From NCBI GenBank assembly GCA_965219995.1, contig CBDCOX010000002.1, positions 1,696,001-1,760,000 on the forward strand: DNA of 64,000 nucleotides, read 5' to 3'. The first letter of the stretch is position 1, and each line of letters starts with the position of its first letter. This document shows, one piece after another, positions 51,447 through 61,908 of this stretch. A program made the translations under genes and the position numbers. The notes under the pieces are model-generated. The model was given only the letters and a program-made list of their open reading frames with translations. It ran no database searches and was not told where the DNA came from. This DNA comes from Candidatus Latescibacterota bacterium (GTDB lineage: Bacteria > Latescibacterota > UBA2968 > GCA-2709665).

Positions 51447-51833
51447 CTAAAACTCGTCGATAAGCTCGCCATAGGCCTGAGGACTCAGTAGCGTTTCGAG
51501 TTCGTCGTCACGGGTCATCCGAACCACGATCATCCAGCCCTCGCCATAGGGATCCGAGTTGATCGGAGCCGCGTCTTCGCCAAGTTCCTCGTGGACCTCG
51601 AGTACGACGCCGGTCACCGGCGCGTAAAGATCCTCCACGGTCTTCACCGCCTCGATCGTCCCGAAGGGCTCTCCCTGCTCGATCTCATCACCGGCTTCCG
51701 GCAATTCGGCAAAGACAATGTCTCCCAGTTCACCCTGCGCATAGTCGGTAATGCCTATCGTACCCCGTTCACCCTCGATACGAATCCACTCGTGCTCTTG
51801 CGTGTACAGGAGGCCTTCCGGAATCTCCGACAT
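51447..51833 (-). CDS. gcvH: Glycine cleavage system H protein
   Basis: HEW, GITDYAQ..LGD, EAVK (lipoyl Lys), N.DPY.EGW. Confidence 0.96.
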   Translation of the reverse strand: MSEIPEGLLYTQEHEWIRIEGERGTIGITDYAQGELGDIVFAELPEAGDEIEQGEPFGTIEAVKTVEDLYAPVTGVVLEVHEELGEDAAPINSDPYGEGWMIVVRMTRDDELETLLSPQAYGELIDEF

Positions 51834-51927
51834 GATTGATGACTCCCGAAAGAAAGGTTGGTATCCCGGTCGGGTCGCCAGCCGACCGGTCAGTCATAAT
51901 CGAATGGAAACGGGCGGCGGCCGAGGC

Positions 51928-53286
51928 TCAGACCCCATACCCCAACCTGGCCACGAACTCCGTGTCGATCCGGCCCGTGCGGAAATCCGCGTGCCGCATC
52001 GCTTTGAGATGAAATGGAATGGTTGTCGGGATCCCCTCGATCACGAACTCCTCGAGCGCGCGGACCATACGTGCCGTTGCTTCCTCCCGTGTGTCTCCGT
52101 ACGCAAGCAACTTGGCGAGGAGCGAATCGTAGTGGGACGGCACACGATAGCCGGCATACGCATGCGAATCGATACGGATGCCCGGTCCGCCTGGCGCATG
52201 GAACGTGCTGATTTCCCCCGCGGACGGTCGGAAGTTGTGATCGGGATCCTCCGCGTTGATGCGGCATTCGATGGCGTGTCCAAATGGCTGGATGTCTTCC
52301 TGGGCAAACGGAAGCGACTCTCCCGCGGCGACCCGGACCTGAGTTTTTACCAGATCAATACCCGTCACCAACTCGGTAACGGGGTGCTCGACCTGAATGC
52401 GGGTGTTCATTTCAAGGAAATAAAACGCGCCGGACGCGTCCAGAAGGAATTCCACGGTTCCTGCGCCCGTATAACCGACCGCCCTTGCCCCCGCAACGGC
52501 TTCTTTGCCCATCCGCCGGCGCAGTTCCTCGTCGACCACGGGTGAAGGCGACTCCTCGATCAGCTTCTGATGACGCCTCTGGATGGAACACTCACGCTCA
52601 CCGAGATGCACGATATTCCCGGCCTGATCGCCCATCACCTGGATTTCCACGTGTCTGGGCGCCACAACTTCCTTTTCCAGATAGAGCGTGCCCGATGTGA
52701 ACGCCGCGGACGCCTCGGCCTGTGCCGCATTCCAGGCCCGTTCGAGGCCGTCCTCCGAATCCACGGTGCGCATGCCCCTGCCGCCGCCGCCGGCCACCGC
52801 TTTCAAGCGAATCGGGTATCCGATCTCTTCGGCGGCAAGCTCCGCCTCGTCAAGGGTTTGCAACACCCCCGTACCCGGGGCTACCGGCACGTCCGCGGCC
52901 AGCATCGTTTCCCGCGCAACGGCTTTGTCGCCCATTCGGCGAATGGCCTCCGGAGACGGTCCGATGAACACGATGCCGCATGATGCGCACATCTCGGCGA
53001 AATCCGCGTTCTCCGCCAATGGACCGTACCCCGGATGGATCGCATCGGCGTTGGTCACCTCGGCGGCGCTTAGAATTCGCGGAATGTTCCGGTAGCTCTG
53101 GTCTCCCGGAGGCGGCCCGATGCAGACGTCCTCGTCGGCAACCCCGATATGCAGCGAATTGGCATCGGCTTCCGAATGGATGGCAATTGTGCGGATGCCG
53201 AGTTCCTTGCATGCCCGGATGACACGCACGGCGATTTCGCCCCGGTCGGCAATTAGAATCTTATTGAATAAGTGAGTGGATGACAC
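51928..53286 (-). CDS. accC: Biotin carboxylase
   Basis: [45 protein letters not shown]. Confidence 0.95.
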   Translation of the reverse strand: MSSTHLFNKILIADRGEIAVRVIRACKELGIRTIAIHSEADANSLHIGVADEDVCIGPPPGDQSYRNIPRILSAAEVTNADAIHPGYGPLAENADFAEMCASCGIVFIGPSPEAIRRMGDKAVARETMLAADVPVAPGTGVLQTLDEAELAAEEIGYPIRLKAVAGGGGRGMRTVDSEDGLERAWNAAQAEASAAFTSGTLYLEKEVVAPRHVEIQVMGDQAGNIVHLGERECSIQRRHQKLIEESPSPVVDEELRRRMGKEAVAGARAVGYTGAGTVEFLLDASGAFYFLEMNTRIQVEHPVTELVTGIDLVKTQVRVAAGESLPFAQEDIQPFGHAIECRINAEDPDHNFRPSAGEISTFHAPGGPGIRIDSHAYAGYRVPSHYDSLLAKLLAYGDTREEATARMVRALEEFVIEGIPTTIPFHLKAMRHADFRTGRIDTEFVARLGYGV

Positions 53287-53344
53287 GACTGATTCGGTGG
53301 GACGGCGGCGGAGCCGCCGCAGAGGTGAAAGAAGCGCCCTGGAA

Positions 53345-53818
53345 TTACAGCGGTTCGATGAGGAAAAGAGGCGTATTGTATTCGACCGGATTGCCGTTCT
53401 CGACAAGGATCCGGACCACCCGACCCTTTGCATCCGCTTCGATTTCATTCATAATCTTCATGGCTTCGATGATGCAGATCGTCTGTCCGACCGACACGAC
53501 GTCGCCCTCCTCCACAAAGGGCGGCGAATCCGGGTTGGGCGCACGATAAAACATGCCTACCATCGGCGAACTTATGCTGTGCAACCCTTCTGTCTCGTCC
53601 GGCTCGGCGGCAGCAGAACTCTCGCCGGCGTCGGCAGGCTGGGAAGCACCGGGCGCCTGCGCAACCGGCTGGACCGCGGCAGCACTGATTCCCGCGGCGA
53701 CACGAATTTTTCGAAGCCCCAGCACACCACGCTCGATTTCAATCTCCCGGACCTGGTCTTCTCCAACCAGTTCGATCAACCGCTGCAGGGTGTCCATCGA
53801 CGCTTTCGAGAGTTTCAC
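53345..53818 (-). CDS. accB: Biotin carboxyl carrier protein
   Basis: [16 protein letters not shown]. Confidence 0.95.
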   Translation of the reverse strand: MKLSKASMDTLQRLIELVGEDQVREIEIERGVLGLRKIRVAAGISAAAVQPVAQAPGASQPADAGESSAAAEPDETEGLHSISSPMVGMFYRAPNPDSPPFVEEGDVVSVGQTICIIEAMKIMNEIEADAKGRVVRILVENGNPVEYNTPLFLIEPL

Positions 53819-53966
53819 GCGCGCTCCTTCGAAAAAACGACGGCGGGCAACGAACGTCCGGTTTCAGAAATGTGTACCAACTCGGCAATCCGTTTCCGGT
53901 TCAGTACACCATGGATCAGGACACATCGGCCGCGATGCCCCGATTCCGGGTTCCGACGTTTCAGGT

Positions 53967-54524
53967 TCAAACTCGCTCGACGTACGTCTCTGTTCGGGTA
54001 TCGATTTTCAAAACGTCGCCCCTCTCCACAAACAGAGGCACCTGGACCGAAGCTCCCGTTTCCAGCACGGCCGGTTTGCTTCCACCGCTGGCGGTATCTC
54101 CGCGCAGTCCGGGGTCCGTTTCCGTTACTGCAAGTTCGACAAAAATCGGCAGCGCGACGCTCACGGCGTTTTGCTCGGCGACCAGAATTTCGAGAATCTC
54201 GTTCTCTTTCAGATATTTGACCGCGTTTCCCATCACCTCCGGAGACAGTTCGTGCTGATCGTAGGTCTCGTTATCCATAAAACAGTAGAGATCTCCGGAC
54301 TGGTAGAGGAACTGCATCTTTCGCCGTTCCAGCCGAACATCGTCCACCTTGTCTCCTGAACGGAACGTCCTGTCTATCATTGCGCCCGTTTTCACACGCT
54401 TGAGACGTGTTCGCACGACGGCTGCGCCTTTGCCCGGTTTGAAATGTTCGAATTCGACCATATAATAGAGTTCGCCGTCCAGACGCAAGACCATGCCGTT
54501 TCTGAATTCAGACGTTGAAACCAT
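53967..54524 (-). CDS. efp: Elongation factor P
   Basis: KPGKG, PGLRGDT, KPAVLETG, VPLF. Confidence 0.97.
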   Translation of the reverse strand: MVSTSEFRNGMVLRLDGELYYMVEFEHFKPGKGAAVVRTRLKRVKTGAMIDRTFRSGDKVDDVRLERRKMQFLYQSGDLYCFMDNETYDQHELSPEVMGNAVKYLKENEILEILVAEQNAVSVALPIFVELAVTETDPGLRGDTASGGSKPAVLETGASVQVPLFVERGDVLKIDTRTETYVERV

Positions 54525-54533
54525 CGTTCCGAA

Positions 54534-55280
54534 TTATCCTCCCGCCCACGTTTCATCCAATTTCTGAAGTTCCTTCAGCCGCATCTTTATTGTCCTGTTG
54601 TCCGGCTCCCGCTCACGGACCTGCTTCAGGACAGCCACTGCTTCTTCAATCAACCCCTGAGCCACGTACAGTTCGGCAAGGGTCGAGGTTGCAATCGGTA
54701 CGGTTCCGTCGCCGGTTCCGGATATCGCGGCCCGGTCCCCGGCAGAACCACGCCTGGCCGGGAGGTCCCGCAACAGACGGGAAAAATCCTCACGTTGGCC
54801 CGAATTCCGCTCTGTCGCGCCGCTGTCCGCGGACGCTTCGCGCTCGGGTCCGCTGCCGGATCCGGAGGCGGTTTGGTCTCCCCCCCGTTCGCCGGTTTCC
54901 ATTTCGGCAGCCAGCAGCCGGCTCATCGGATCGACCGCGAGGGCGCACCTGAAATACTGCAGCGCCCGTTCCTCGAAGCCCAGTCTTCTTTCGACCAGGC
55001 CCAGCAGCCAGCAGGCTGCCGGATTGTCGTGATCCAGCGAGAGCGTTTCCTGAAATTCCCGCCGGGCCTCATCCAAACGCCCCGCCGCCATGTGACACCT
55101 GCCCATCACGAGATGACCGGTAGGGTAAAACGGGCGGTATCTGAGGCCCTTCCGGCAGATCTCCGTTGCACGTTCCACGTTGCCCGATCGCAGCATCCCG
55201 TCGGCGAGGCGGGCAAACAGGATCGACGCGGGATTCCTGCTGAATATTCGTTCAAGCTGTGCAATAGATGTGGCCGTCAT
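54534..55280 (-). CDS. Tetratricopeptide repeat protein
   Basis: Several TPR helices; C-terminal T.TLAELY..QG motif. Confidence 0.8.
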   Translation of the reverse strand: MTATSIAQLERIFSRNPASILFARLADGMLRSGNVERATEICRKGLRYRPFYPTGHLVMGRCHMAAGRLDEARREFQETLSLDHDNPAACWLLGLVERRLGFEERALQYFRCALAVDPMSRLLAAEMETGERGGDQTASGSGSGPEREASADSGATERNSGQREDFSRLLRDLPARRGSAGDRAAISGTGDGTVPIATSTLAELYVAQGLIEEAVAVLKQVREREPDNRTIKMRLKELQKLDETWAGG

Positions 55281-55310
55281 CGTCTCACCACCCGGTCTCA
55301 ACCGGAGGGA

Positions 55311-55339
55311 ATTATAGGCAAAAGCCCGATGCTTGTCAA
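55311..55339 (-). promoter_or_regulatory. Consensus sigma70 promoter for the TPR-efp-accBC-gcvH run
   Basis: TTGACA-17 bp-TATAAT on the minus strand. Confidence 0.85.
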
Positions 55340-55366
55340 GGCCGCGACAATGCGACCGTCGCCTAA

Positions 55367-55526
55367 CAGTCCGTTGATAAAATCCATCCGGTCTGCGTCC
55401 GGCCCTTGTGACCGAAATACAGCGTTGCGCTCCCTCCCCGAATCCAGGGATGCGCGTCGGTCGCGCGCCTTGTCTTCGGCCACAATGACTCGGCCTCGCC
55501 TGCAGAGCGACTTTTTCAACGGACTG
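55367..55526. mobile_element. MITE family B, full-length 160-bp copy
   Basis: TIRs CAGTCCGTTGATAAA / TTTTTCAACGGACTG; CTAA direct repeats at 55363-55366 and 55527-55530; partial copies at 32164 and 36955. Confidence 0.88.
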
Positions 55527-55740
55527 CTAAACTTCCGCGCCGAGCGAACAGGCGTGTTTCAAACCGGGGGCACGCCGTCCCGAGAATGCGGAACGATGCC
55601 GCAGTTCGATTTCTACCGGCGCCCGGCCGCCGGGCCGGTCTCGTCCTTGAATTGGCTTGTGTGAATATGGGCGATGTGCTATATTCAAAGCTGTTTATGG
55701 CGCTTTTTCGCACCTGCTTTGTCCGCTCCGGGAGGCGGCT

Positions 55741-56262
55741 ATGGAACTCGTCAAGTTGTTTGTTTCATTCACGAAGGTCGGTATTTTTGCGTACGGGGGC
55801 GGACCGTCGATGATTCCGCTGGTCCAGGAGGAAGTCGTCGACGTGCACGGCTGGATGACCATCGAAGAGTTCACCGACGCGCTTGCGATGGGCTACGCCC
55901 TTCCGGGCCCGATCGCGACGAAAATGGCCGCGTACATCGGTTACCAGGTCGCACAGACACCAGGCCTGATCGTCGCCCTTTTCGGTACGGTCTTTCCCTC
56001 CCTCATCCTGATGATGATTCTGGGGCTGTTCTTCATGGCCTATAAGGGCGCGCCCGCAGTCCAGGCAATGCTCAAGGCAGTCCGGCCGGCTGTCGTCGGC
56101 CTTCTTCTCGTCGTGGTCTGGCAGATGGCGCCCAAGTCCGTGAATTCATGGCACACGGGCCTGATCGCCATAGCGGCCTTTGTCGCGATCCATTTCCTGA
56201 ACCTGCATCCGGCGGTCGCGATTGTCAGCACCGCGGTTCTGGGCCTGGCTGTTTACCGGTAA
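55741..56262 (+). CDS. Short-chain chromate ion transporter (CHR) family protein
   Basis: F.KVG.FAYGGG, W....F, LPGP. Confidence 0.88.
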   Translation: MELVKLFVSFTKVGIFAYGGGPSMIPLVQEEVVDVHGWMTIEEFTDALAMGYALPGPIATKMAAYIGYQVAQTPGLIVALFGTVFPSLILMMILGLFFMAYKGAPAVQAMLKAVRPAVVGLLLVVVWQMAPKSVNSWHTGLIAIAAFVAIHFLNLHPAVAIVSTAVLGLAVYR

Positions 56263-56304
56263 AAATACGACACCCGTACCGCCTTCGGAGGAGCTCGTCT
56301 TCGA

Positions 56305-57333
56305 ATGAAGGACTTCTCGATTATTGAGCACAAAGCACTTAAAAACAAATGTTTATCTAATCAGGAGATGCTGGCGGTGCTTGATACGCCAAACGAAGAC
56401 CTGCTCCTCCTGATCCACGCGGCCTACCGCGTTCGCCACCGGTATTTCGGAAACAGAGTCCGGCTTCACGTGCTGCAGAACGCCAAGAGTGGACTGTGTC
56501 CGGAAGATTGCGCCTACTGTTCCCAATCTGCGGTATCCACGGCGGGCATCAGCAAATATCCGCTGTTGCCGCGAGAGCAGATCATAGACGGCGCCAGAAA
56601 GGCCAAGGCCGGCAGGGCATTGCGCTATTGCATCGTCACCAGCGGAAGAGGCCCGACCGACAGAGAGGTGGAAACCATTGCGGACATTGTGCGCGAAGTC
56701 AAACGAACCGTCGACATCGACATCTGCTGCTGTATGGGGCTGCTGGACGAAGCGCAGGCCAGGACGTTGAAAGCAGCCGGTGTGGATCGGATCAATCACA
56801 ACCTCAACACCAGCGCCGAACACCACGGCAGTATCGTGACCACGCACACCTACTCGGACCGTCTGAATACCATTAAGGCCGTCAGGGCCGCCGGCCTCGA
56901 AACCTGCTGCGGCGGAATCATCGGGATGGGAGAGTCCAGGCAGGACATCGTCGACCTGGCCGTGGCCTTACGGGAACTCGACATCGATTCGATCCCCGTC
57001 AATTTTCTGCATCCTATCGAAGGCACCCCACTGGCCGGGCGGAAACCGACGTCGCCGCAGGATGGCCTGAGGGCCCTGTGCCTGTTCCGTTTTGTCAATC
57101 CGAACAAGGAAATCCGCATCGCAGGCGGACGCGAACTCACGCTCCGCTCTCTCCAGGCCCTTGCTCTGTATCCCGCGAACTCCGTCTTTATGGAAGGTTA
57201 TCTGACCACCGGAGGACAATCCACGTCGGAGACCCATCGTCTCATCGAGGATATGGGATTCGAAGTTGAAGAAATGCGGCATCCTGAAAGCGGATCGGAA
57301 GCGCCCTTATCAACCCATGTGGACCTACGATAA
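56305..57333 (+). CDS. bioB: Biotin synthase
   Basis: [51 protein letters not shown]. Confidence 0.96.
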   Translation: MKDFSIIEHKALKNKCLSNQEMLAVLDTPNEDLLLLIHAAYRVRHRYFGNRVRLHVLQNAKSGLCPEDCAYCSQSAVSTAGISKYPLLPREQIIDGARKAKAGRALRYCIVTSGRGPTDREVETIADIVREVKRTVDIDICCCMGLLDEAQARTLKAAGVDRINHNLNTSAEHHGSIVTTHTYSDRLNTIKAVRAAGLETCCGGIIGMGESRQDIVDLAVALRELDIDSIPVNFLHPIEGTPLAGRKPTSPQDGLRALCLFRFVNPNKEIRIAGGRELTLRSLQALALYPANSVFMEGYLTTGGQSTSETHRLIEDMGFEVEEMRHPESGSEAPLSTHVDLR

Positions 57334-59197
57334 ACACTACGACGTCATCGTTGTCGGCGCGGGACACGCCGGGGCCGAGGCCGCACTGGCAGGCGCGCGC
57401 ATGGGGTGCAGCACGCTGCTGCTGACGATGAATCTGGATACGGTCGCCCAGATGTCCTGCAATCCGGCGGTTGGAGGTATCGCAAAGGGCCATATGGTGC
57501 GCGAGATCGATGCTTTGGGCGGTGAAATGGCGCAGAACATCGACGCAACGGGTCTGCAATTCCGTCTGCTGAACCGGAGCAAGGGGCCGGCGGTGCAGGC
57601 CCCCCGCGCGCAGGCCGACAAGAAAGCGTATCAGTTCCGCATGAAATACGTCGTGGAAAGTCAGCCGAACCTGGACCTCAAGCAGGGCCTTATCGAAGAC
57701 CTGCTGGTCGACGACGGCCGCATAAGGGGCATCCTCACCAGGTCCCGCACGATATTTCTGGGTCGGACGGTCATCCTCACTACAGGCACGTTCCTGCGGG
57801 GACTGATCCATGTCGGAGACCGGTCGCACAGCGCGGGGCGCGCCGGGGAGCAATCCGCGGAACGGGCATCGGGCGGCCTTCGGCGCCTGGGGTTCGAGCT
57901 GGGCAGATTGAAGACAGGGACGCCGCCCCGGATCAATTCCCGCAGCGTCGATTACGCCGCTATGGACATCCAGCCCGGAGACGAGCAACCGTGCCCCTTC
58001 TCCTACCGGACCAGGGCCATCAAGCAGGAACAGCTCAATTGCCACATAACCTGCACCACGCCGGCTACCCACGAAATCATCCGCCGGAACCTGGATCGCT
58101 CGGCAATGTACAGCGGACGTATCCAGTCCGTGGGTCCGCGGTACTGTCCTTCGATCGAAGACAAAGTCGTCAGGTTCGCCGACAGGCGGAAACACCAGCT
58201 CTTTGTGGAGCCGGAAGGTTACGACACCCGGGAAGTTTACCTCAACGGGCTGTCAATGAGTCTGCCCGAAGACGTTCAGGTCGAGGTTGTCCGCAGCGTT
58301 CCCGGCCTGGAAAAAGCGGAAATCATGCGGCCGGGCTATGCCGTCGAATACGACTATGTCCCGCCTACGCAGATCCTCCCCACCCTGGAAACCAAACCGG
58401 TCAGGGGTTTGTATTTCGCGGGGCAAATCAATGGCACCACGGGCTACGAGGAAGCGGCCGGACAGGGTCTGATGGCGGGTGTCAATGCCGCATTGCGCGT
58501 CCGGAACGACGACGCGCTCGTTCTGGACCGCGCCCAGGCCTATATAGGCGTACTGATCGACGATCTCACGACCAAGGGTACCGATGAGCCGTACCGGATG
58601 TTCACGTCACTGGCGGAATACCGACTGCTGCTGAGGCACGACAACGCCGACCTTCGTCTGACCGAGATCGGCCGCAAGATCGGGCTGATCACCGACTGTG
58701 CGTACAGGTCCTTCAGACATCGCGCGGAAGCGATCGCCGCCGAGCAGCGCCGTTTGAGAGGGGTAAAGGTTACGCCATCGAGCCGGGTTCAGCGGTACCT
58801 TCGGGAAGCGGGCACAACCCCTCTCGCCCAGGCCGCGCCGCTGATCGACCTGCTGCGCCGGCCCCAGCTCGACTTTCGGTTCGTGCAGGAAGTGGCGCCG
58901 CCTCCCGCGCCGCTGCCTCCCGACGTTTGCCAATCCGTTGAGGTGGAGCTCAAGTACGAAGGGTACATCCGACGCCAGGAAACGCAGGTGGCCAGGTTTC
59001 AGGATCTGGAGGCAAGGCGTCTTCCCGATAACATCAATTACCTGGACCTTCCCGCCATCTCCCGTGAGGCCGCAGAAAAGCTCTCGCGGGTGCGCCCCCG
59101 CTCCCTGGGTCAGGCGTCCCGGATTCCTGGCGTTTCACCCGCGGACATCTCCGCCCTGCTGGTCATCCTGAGAGCCCGTGCCCGAGGTGCGGCATGA
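57317..59197 (+). CDS. mnmG: tRNA uridine-5-carboxymethylaminomethyl synthesis enzyme MnmG (GidA)
   Basis: [41 protein letters not shown]. Confidence 0.97.
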   Translation: MWTYDKHYDVIVVGAGHAGAEAALAGARMGCSTLLLTMNLDTVAQMSCNPAVGGIAKGHMVREIDALGGEMAQNIDATGLQFRLLNRSKGPAVQAPRAQADKKAYQFRMKYVVESQPNLDLKQGLIEDLLVDDGRIRGILTRSRTIFLGRTVILTTGTFLRGLIHVGDRSHSAGRAGEQSAERASGGLRRLGFELGRLKTGTPPRINSRSVDYAAMDIQPGDEQPCPFSYRTRAIKQEQLNCHITCTTPATHEIIRRNLDRSAMYSGRIQSVGPRYCPSIEDKVVRFADRRKHQLFVEPEGYDTREVYLNGLSMSLPEDVQVEVVRSVPGLEKAEIMRPGYAVEYDYVPPTQILPTLETKPVRGLYFAGQINGTTGYEEAAGQGLMAGVNAALRVRNDDALVLDRAQAYIGVLIDDLTTKGTDEPYRMFTSLAEYRLLLRHDNADLRLTEIGRKIGLITDCAYRSFRHRAEAIAAEQRRLRGVKVTPSSRVQRYLREAGTTPLAQAAPLIDLLRRPQLDFRFVQEVAPPPAPLPPDVCQSVEVELKYEGYIRRQETQVARFQDLEARRLPDNINYLDLPAISREAAEKLSRVRPRSLGQASRIPGVSPADISALLVILRARARGAA

Positions 59198-60054
59198 CGA
59201 TTGGCGCGACACAGGTGCAGGCCATTCTCTCGCTGCTGGCCGACCGTGACGCCGAGATCGTTGACATCGTCCGGAACAAACTGTTCACCATGGGCGAGCC
59301 GTTTGTCCGAATGATTCTGGATGCGGCGCCGAAAGGGTCGCCTGCACAACGGGAAGCGGGCAGGATTCTGTTGTGCCTCAAGGATCCTCCGCTGGAAACA
59401 CAGATCCGGAATCTGCAGGAGAACCCGGCCGGCGACATCGACCTGGAATCGGCGTCTTTCACCCTGGCCAGGCTCGCGTATCCCGCCCTCGACGTCCAGC
59501 ATTACCGAAGTCGCCTCAACAAAATGGCGGACGATCTGGCGCTCTCGATCGCCCCCGACGACCATCCGCTCCGGGTCATTCAGACCCTGAACCAATACAT
59601 CTTCGAGTCACAGGGCTTCCGAGGCCGGAAAAATGAACCCGTCGGTCCCGACGCCAGTTACATGAACCGTGTTCTGGATCGCAAGACCGGGCTCCCCATC
59701 TCAATATCGGCGCTATACATTTTCCTGGGCCGCCGGCTTGATCTTCCAATCTTCGGTGTCGGAATGCCCATACACTTTGTCGCAAAGTACAAGTCGACCG
59801 ACGGCATGGAGTACCTGTTCGATCCCTGCAACAAGGGACAGCTCCTGACGGCGAATGAATGCGCGGAATTCCTCTCGCGGTTCGACGTGGCATTCGAGCC
59901 AACCATGCTGCGCCAGTCATCCGACCGGCAGATACTCACGCGTATGATGCTCAACCTTTGCGCCGCCTACAGGAATCAAGAGGACACGCGAAAGGTCGAC
60001 TCGCTCCAGCGTCTGGTTCGGATCCTCCTCAAGCGTTCTCCATTCCAGGAATAG
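59194..60054 (+). CDS. SirB1 / transglutaminase-like family protein
   Basis: [19 protein letters not shown]...G, RM..NL. Confidence 0.85.
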   Translation: MTIGATQVQAILSLLADRDAEIVDIVRNKLFTMGEPFVRMILDAAPKGSPAQREAGRILLCLKDPPLETQIRNLQENPAGDIDLESASFTLARLAYPALDVQHYRSRLNKMADDLALSIAPDDHPLRVIQTLNQYIFESQGFRGRKNEPVGPDASYMNRVLDRKTGLPISISALYIFLGRRLDLPIFGVGMPIHFVAKYKSTDGMEYLFDPCNKGQLLTANECAEFLSRFDVAFEPTMLRQSSDRQILTRMMLNLCAAYRNQEDTRKVDSLQRLVRILLKRSPFQE

Positions 60055-60066
60055 ACGACATCTTCA

Positions 60067-60281
60067 CCTCAATTCGAAAAAAGACAACCGTTAAATTGGC
60101 CACAAAAAGCACAAAAAGGCACAAAGGGTATCGCTGCAAAACGCGCCGACAAGGTCGTCCGGAAGGACATTTTTTTCGTTCACGTCCAGTGACCTGAAGG
60201 ATCATAGAAATCAGCAGTTAAATCGCCTTTTTTCACTTGCACATATTCGAATTAACGTCGCCGAATAATGACGAATCAAGG
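60067..60281 (+). mobile_element. MITE-like element, family A, copy 2
   Basis: Imperfect TIRs CCTCAATTCG / CGAATCAAGG; TTCA direct repeats at 60063-60066 and 60282-60285; 130 bp shared with 12302-12431. Confidence 0.78.
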
Positions 60282-60329
60282 TTCAATTCCGAATTGTTGG
60301 AAACCCGCGTCCGTCGCAGCGCTCGTCTC

Positions 60330-60803
60330 ATGTCCGAAAATATCAAAGTTGTCGCGAAGAACCGCAAAGCAGGACGAGACTACTTTTTCGTCGACGGCTA
60401 CGAAGCCGGCATCGAGCTCAAAGGCACCGAGGTGAAGTCGCTGCGCCTCGGCAATGCAAATATGGCCGACTGCTATGCTCGCGTGGAAAACGGCGAGGTC
60501 TACCTGCACAACCTCCACATCGGCGAATACACCGAGGCCAACCGCTTCAATCACGATCCTGTCCGCAAACGCCGGCTGTTGCTTCACAGATACGAAATCG
60601 ACCGGCTGAGGGTCCGTACCGAAGAAAAGGGGCTGACACTGGTCGCCGTGAAGCTTTACTTCAAACGCGGCAGAGCCAAGGTCGAACTTGCGCTCGCCAA
60701 GGGCAAACGCGAATACGACAGGCGCCGCGAGATTGCCAAACGCGACGCGCAACGTGAGATGCGGCGAGAGCTCAAGGCGCGGCAAGCCGGATCCGGAGGC
60801 TAG
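60330..60803 (+). CDS. smpB: SsrA-binding protein
   Basis: NRKA, EAGI.L.GTEVKSLR, H...R.R.LLL, AKGK..YD.R. Confidence 0.97.
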   Translation: MSENIKVVAKNRKAGRDYFFVDGYEAGIELKGTEVKSLRLGNANMADCYARVENGEVYLHNLHIGEYTEANRFNHDPVRKRRLLLHRYEIDRLRVRTEEKGLTLVAVKLYFKRGRAKVELALAKGKREYDRRREIAKRDAQREMRRELKARQAGSGG

Positions 60804-60824
60804 CCTGCTCTGTCGTGGACGTCC

Positions 60825-60974
60825 ATGAAAGATGTGGCGTTGGGTTTAATCTCCAGTCCCGGGGAAGAGAATCTGATGCGGAAACGGGCGTTTCAGCATG
60901 ACATGGCCGAAGCGATCTTCTGGGGCATACGAAACTTCAACCACCGATATGAGCGACAACTCACCCGGAACTGA
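60825..60974 (+). pseudogene. Probable C-terminal remnant of an N-acetylmuramoyl-L-alanine amidase (Amidase_3)
   Basis: 49 codons: ...LGLISSPGEENLMRKRAFQHDMAEAIFWGIRNF..., resembling E.GFISN..EE..L.....Q..A.AI..GI; below the ORF-track cutoff. Confidence 0.6.
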
Positions 60975-60981
60975 TCCGTCG

Positions 60982-61842
60982 ATGCGAATCGAGCTTCCGC
61001 GCAGCGACCCGGGATACTACTACGATCCCAGGGTCACGGCCGGTCTTCACGGAGAAATCAGACTCTCTCCCAGGGTCGAAAGACATTGCCGGTGTGGCGG
61101 CAAGCCTCCGTATCAGACGTTTCAACGGCCGGACGCCAGGCCGGCATGGTGTCCATGTCGGCGATTCCGGATGAAAACACACGAGATCAACCGGCTGATT
61201 CGGATCTCCGGCATTCCCGGGCCGTTTCGATATAAATTCCTGGACGATTTCTACGAGAGTTACGATGGAAAACCGATTGGCGGCGCGAAACAACTCAAAC
61301 GCCAGTTACGCAGCCTGATCGAAAAAGCCCGCAATTCGATCACATCGCCCGGCAGGGACGCACAGGCCGTTGCCGTCCAACCGATACGGGGATACTTTCT
61401 CACGGGCAGACCCGGTGTCGGAAAGACCTATTTCTCATACGTCGCGCTCAACGAGCTCATCTTTCACTCGGGGCGCCCGGGTAAATTCATCAGCCTGTCG
61501 AAAGCATTCTTCCAGACGCTGCGTTTCGCGTTTGACGAAAACAGTCCCATGCACGGTAAGTCCGAGACGTTTCTGCGTACCCTCGGCAACATTCCATTTC
61601 TGGTCATCGACGACTTCGGCGTCCAGCGGAATACGGAGTGGGAGCTGGAAATGCTCTACAACCTGGTGGATACCCGATATGCCAACCGGCGATTCACAGT
61701 TGTAACCACCAACCAGGACATCGAGAACGTGAAAGACCTGGCTGAAGGCAGGCTCTATTCGAGATTTATCGAAATGTGTTACGTCATCCGCATCAAGGCG
61801 TCGGACTTCCGGGAACACGCCCGGAAGGAATACGAAATATAA
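60982..61842 (+). CDS. DnaC/IstB-like AAA+ ATPase with N-terminal CxC...CxC motif
   Basis: CRC...WCPC, G.P..F, GRPGVGKT, LVIDDFG, RY, TTN, RLYSR..EM; start may be as early as 60898. Confidence 0.85.
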   Translation: MRIELPRSDPGYYYDPRVTAGLHGEIRLSPRVERHCRCGGKPPYQTFQRPDARPAWCPCRRFRMKTHEINRLIRISGIPGPFRYKFLDDFYESYDGKPIGGAKQLKRQLRSLIEKARNSITSPGRDAQAVAVQPIRGYFLTGRPGVGKTYFSYVALNELIFHSGRPGKFISLSKAFFQTLRFAFDENSPMHGKSETFLRTLGNIPFLVIDDFGVQRNTEWELEMLYNLVDTRYANRRFTVVTTNQDIENVKDLAEGRLYSRFIEMCYVIRIKASDFREHARKEYEI

Positions 61843-61908
61843 GATCCGGATTCGGGTGTGGTCGGGTCGTCAGGCCACGGAACCGTTCCGCAGGAACTAA
61901 CGTCAGAG

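Noticed and set aside
51928-53286. AccC variants ADRGEIA and PGYGPL
   Set aside because: Isolated substitutions with the catalytic motifs intact; not enough to claim altered function
56245-56270. Palindrome TTTACCGGTAAA before bioB as a BirA operator
   Set aside because: Does not fit the spaced TGTAAAC-N14-16-GTTTACA pattern and overlaps the upstream stop codon
60804-60980. tmRNA or prophage attachment site next to smpB
   Set aside because: No GGGG...CCACCA tRNA-like ends and no integrase; the stretch reads as an amidase fragment
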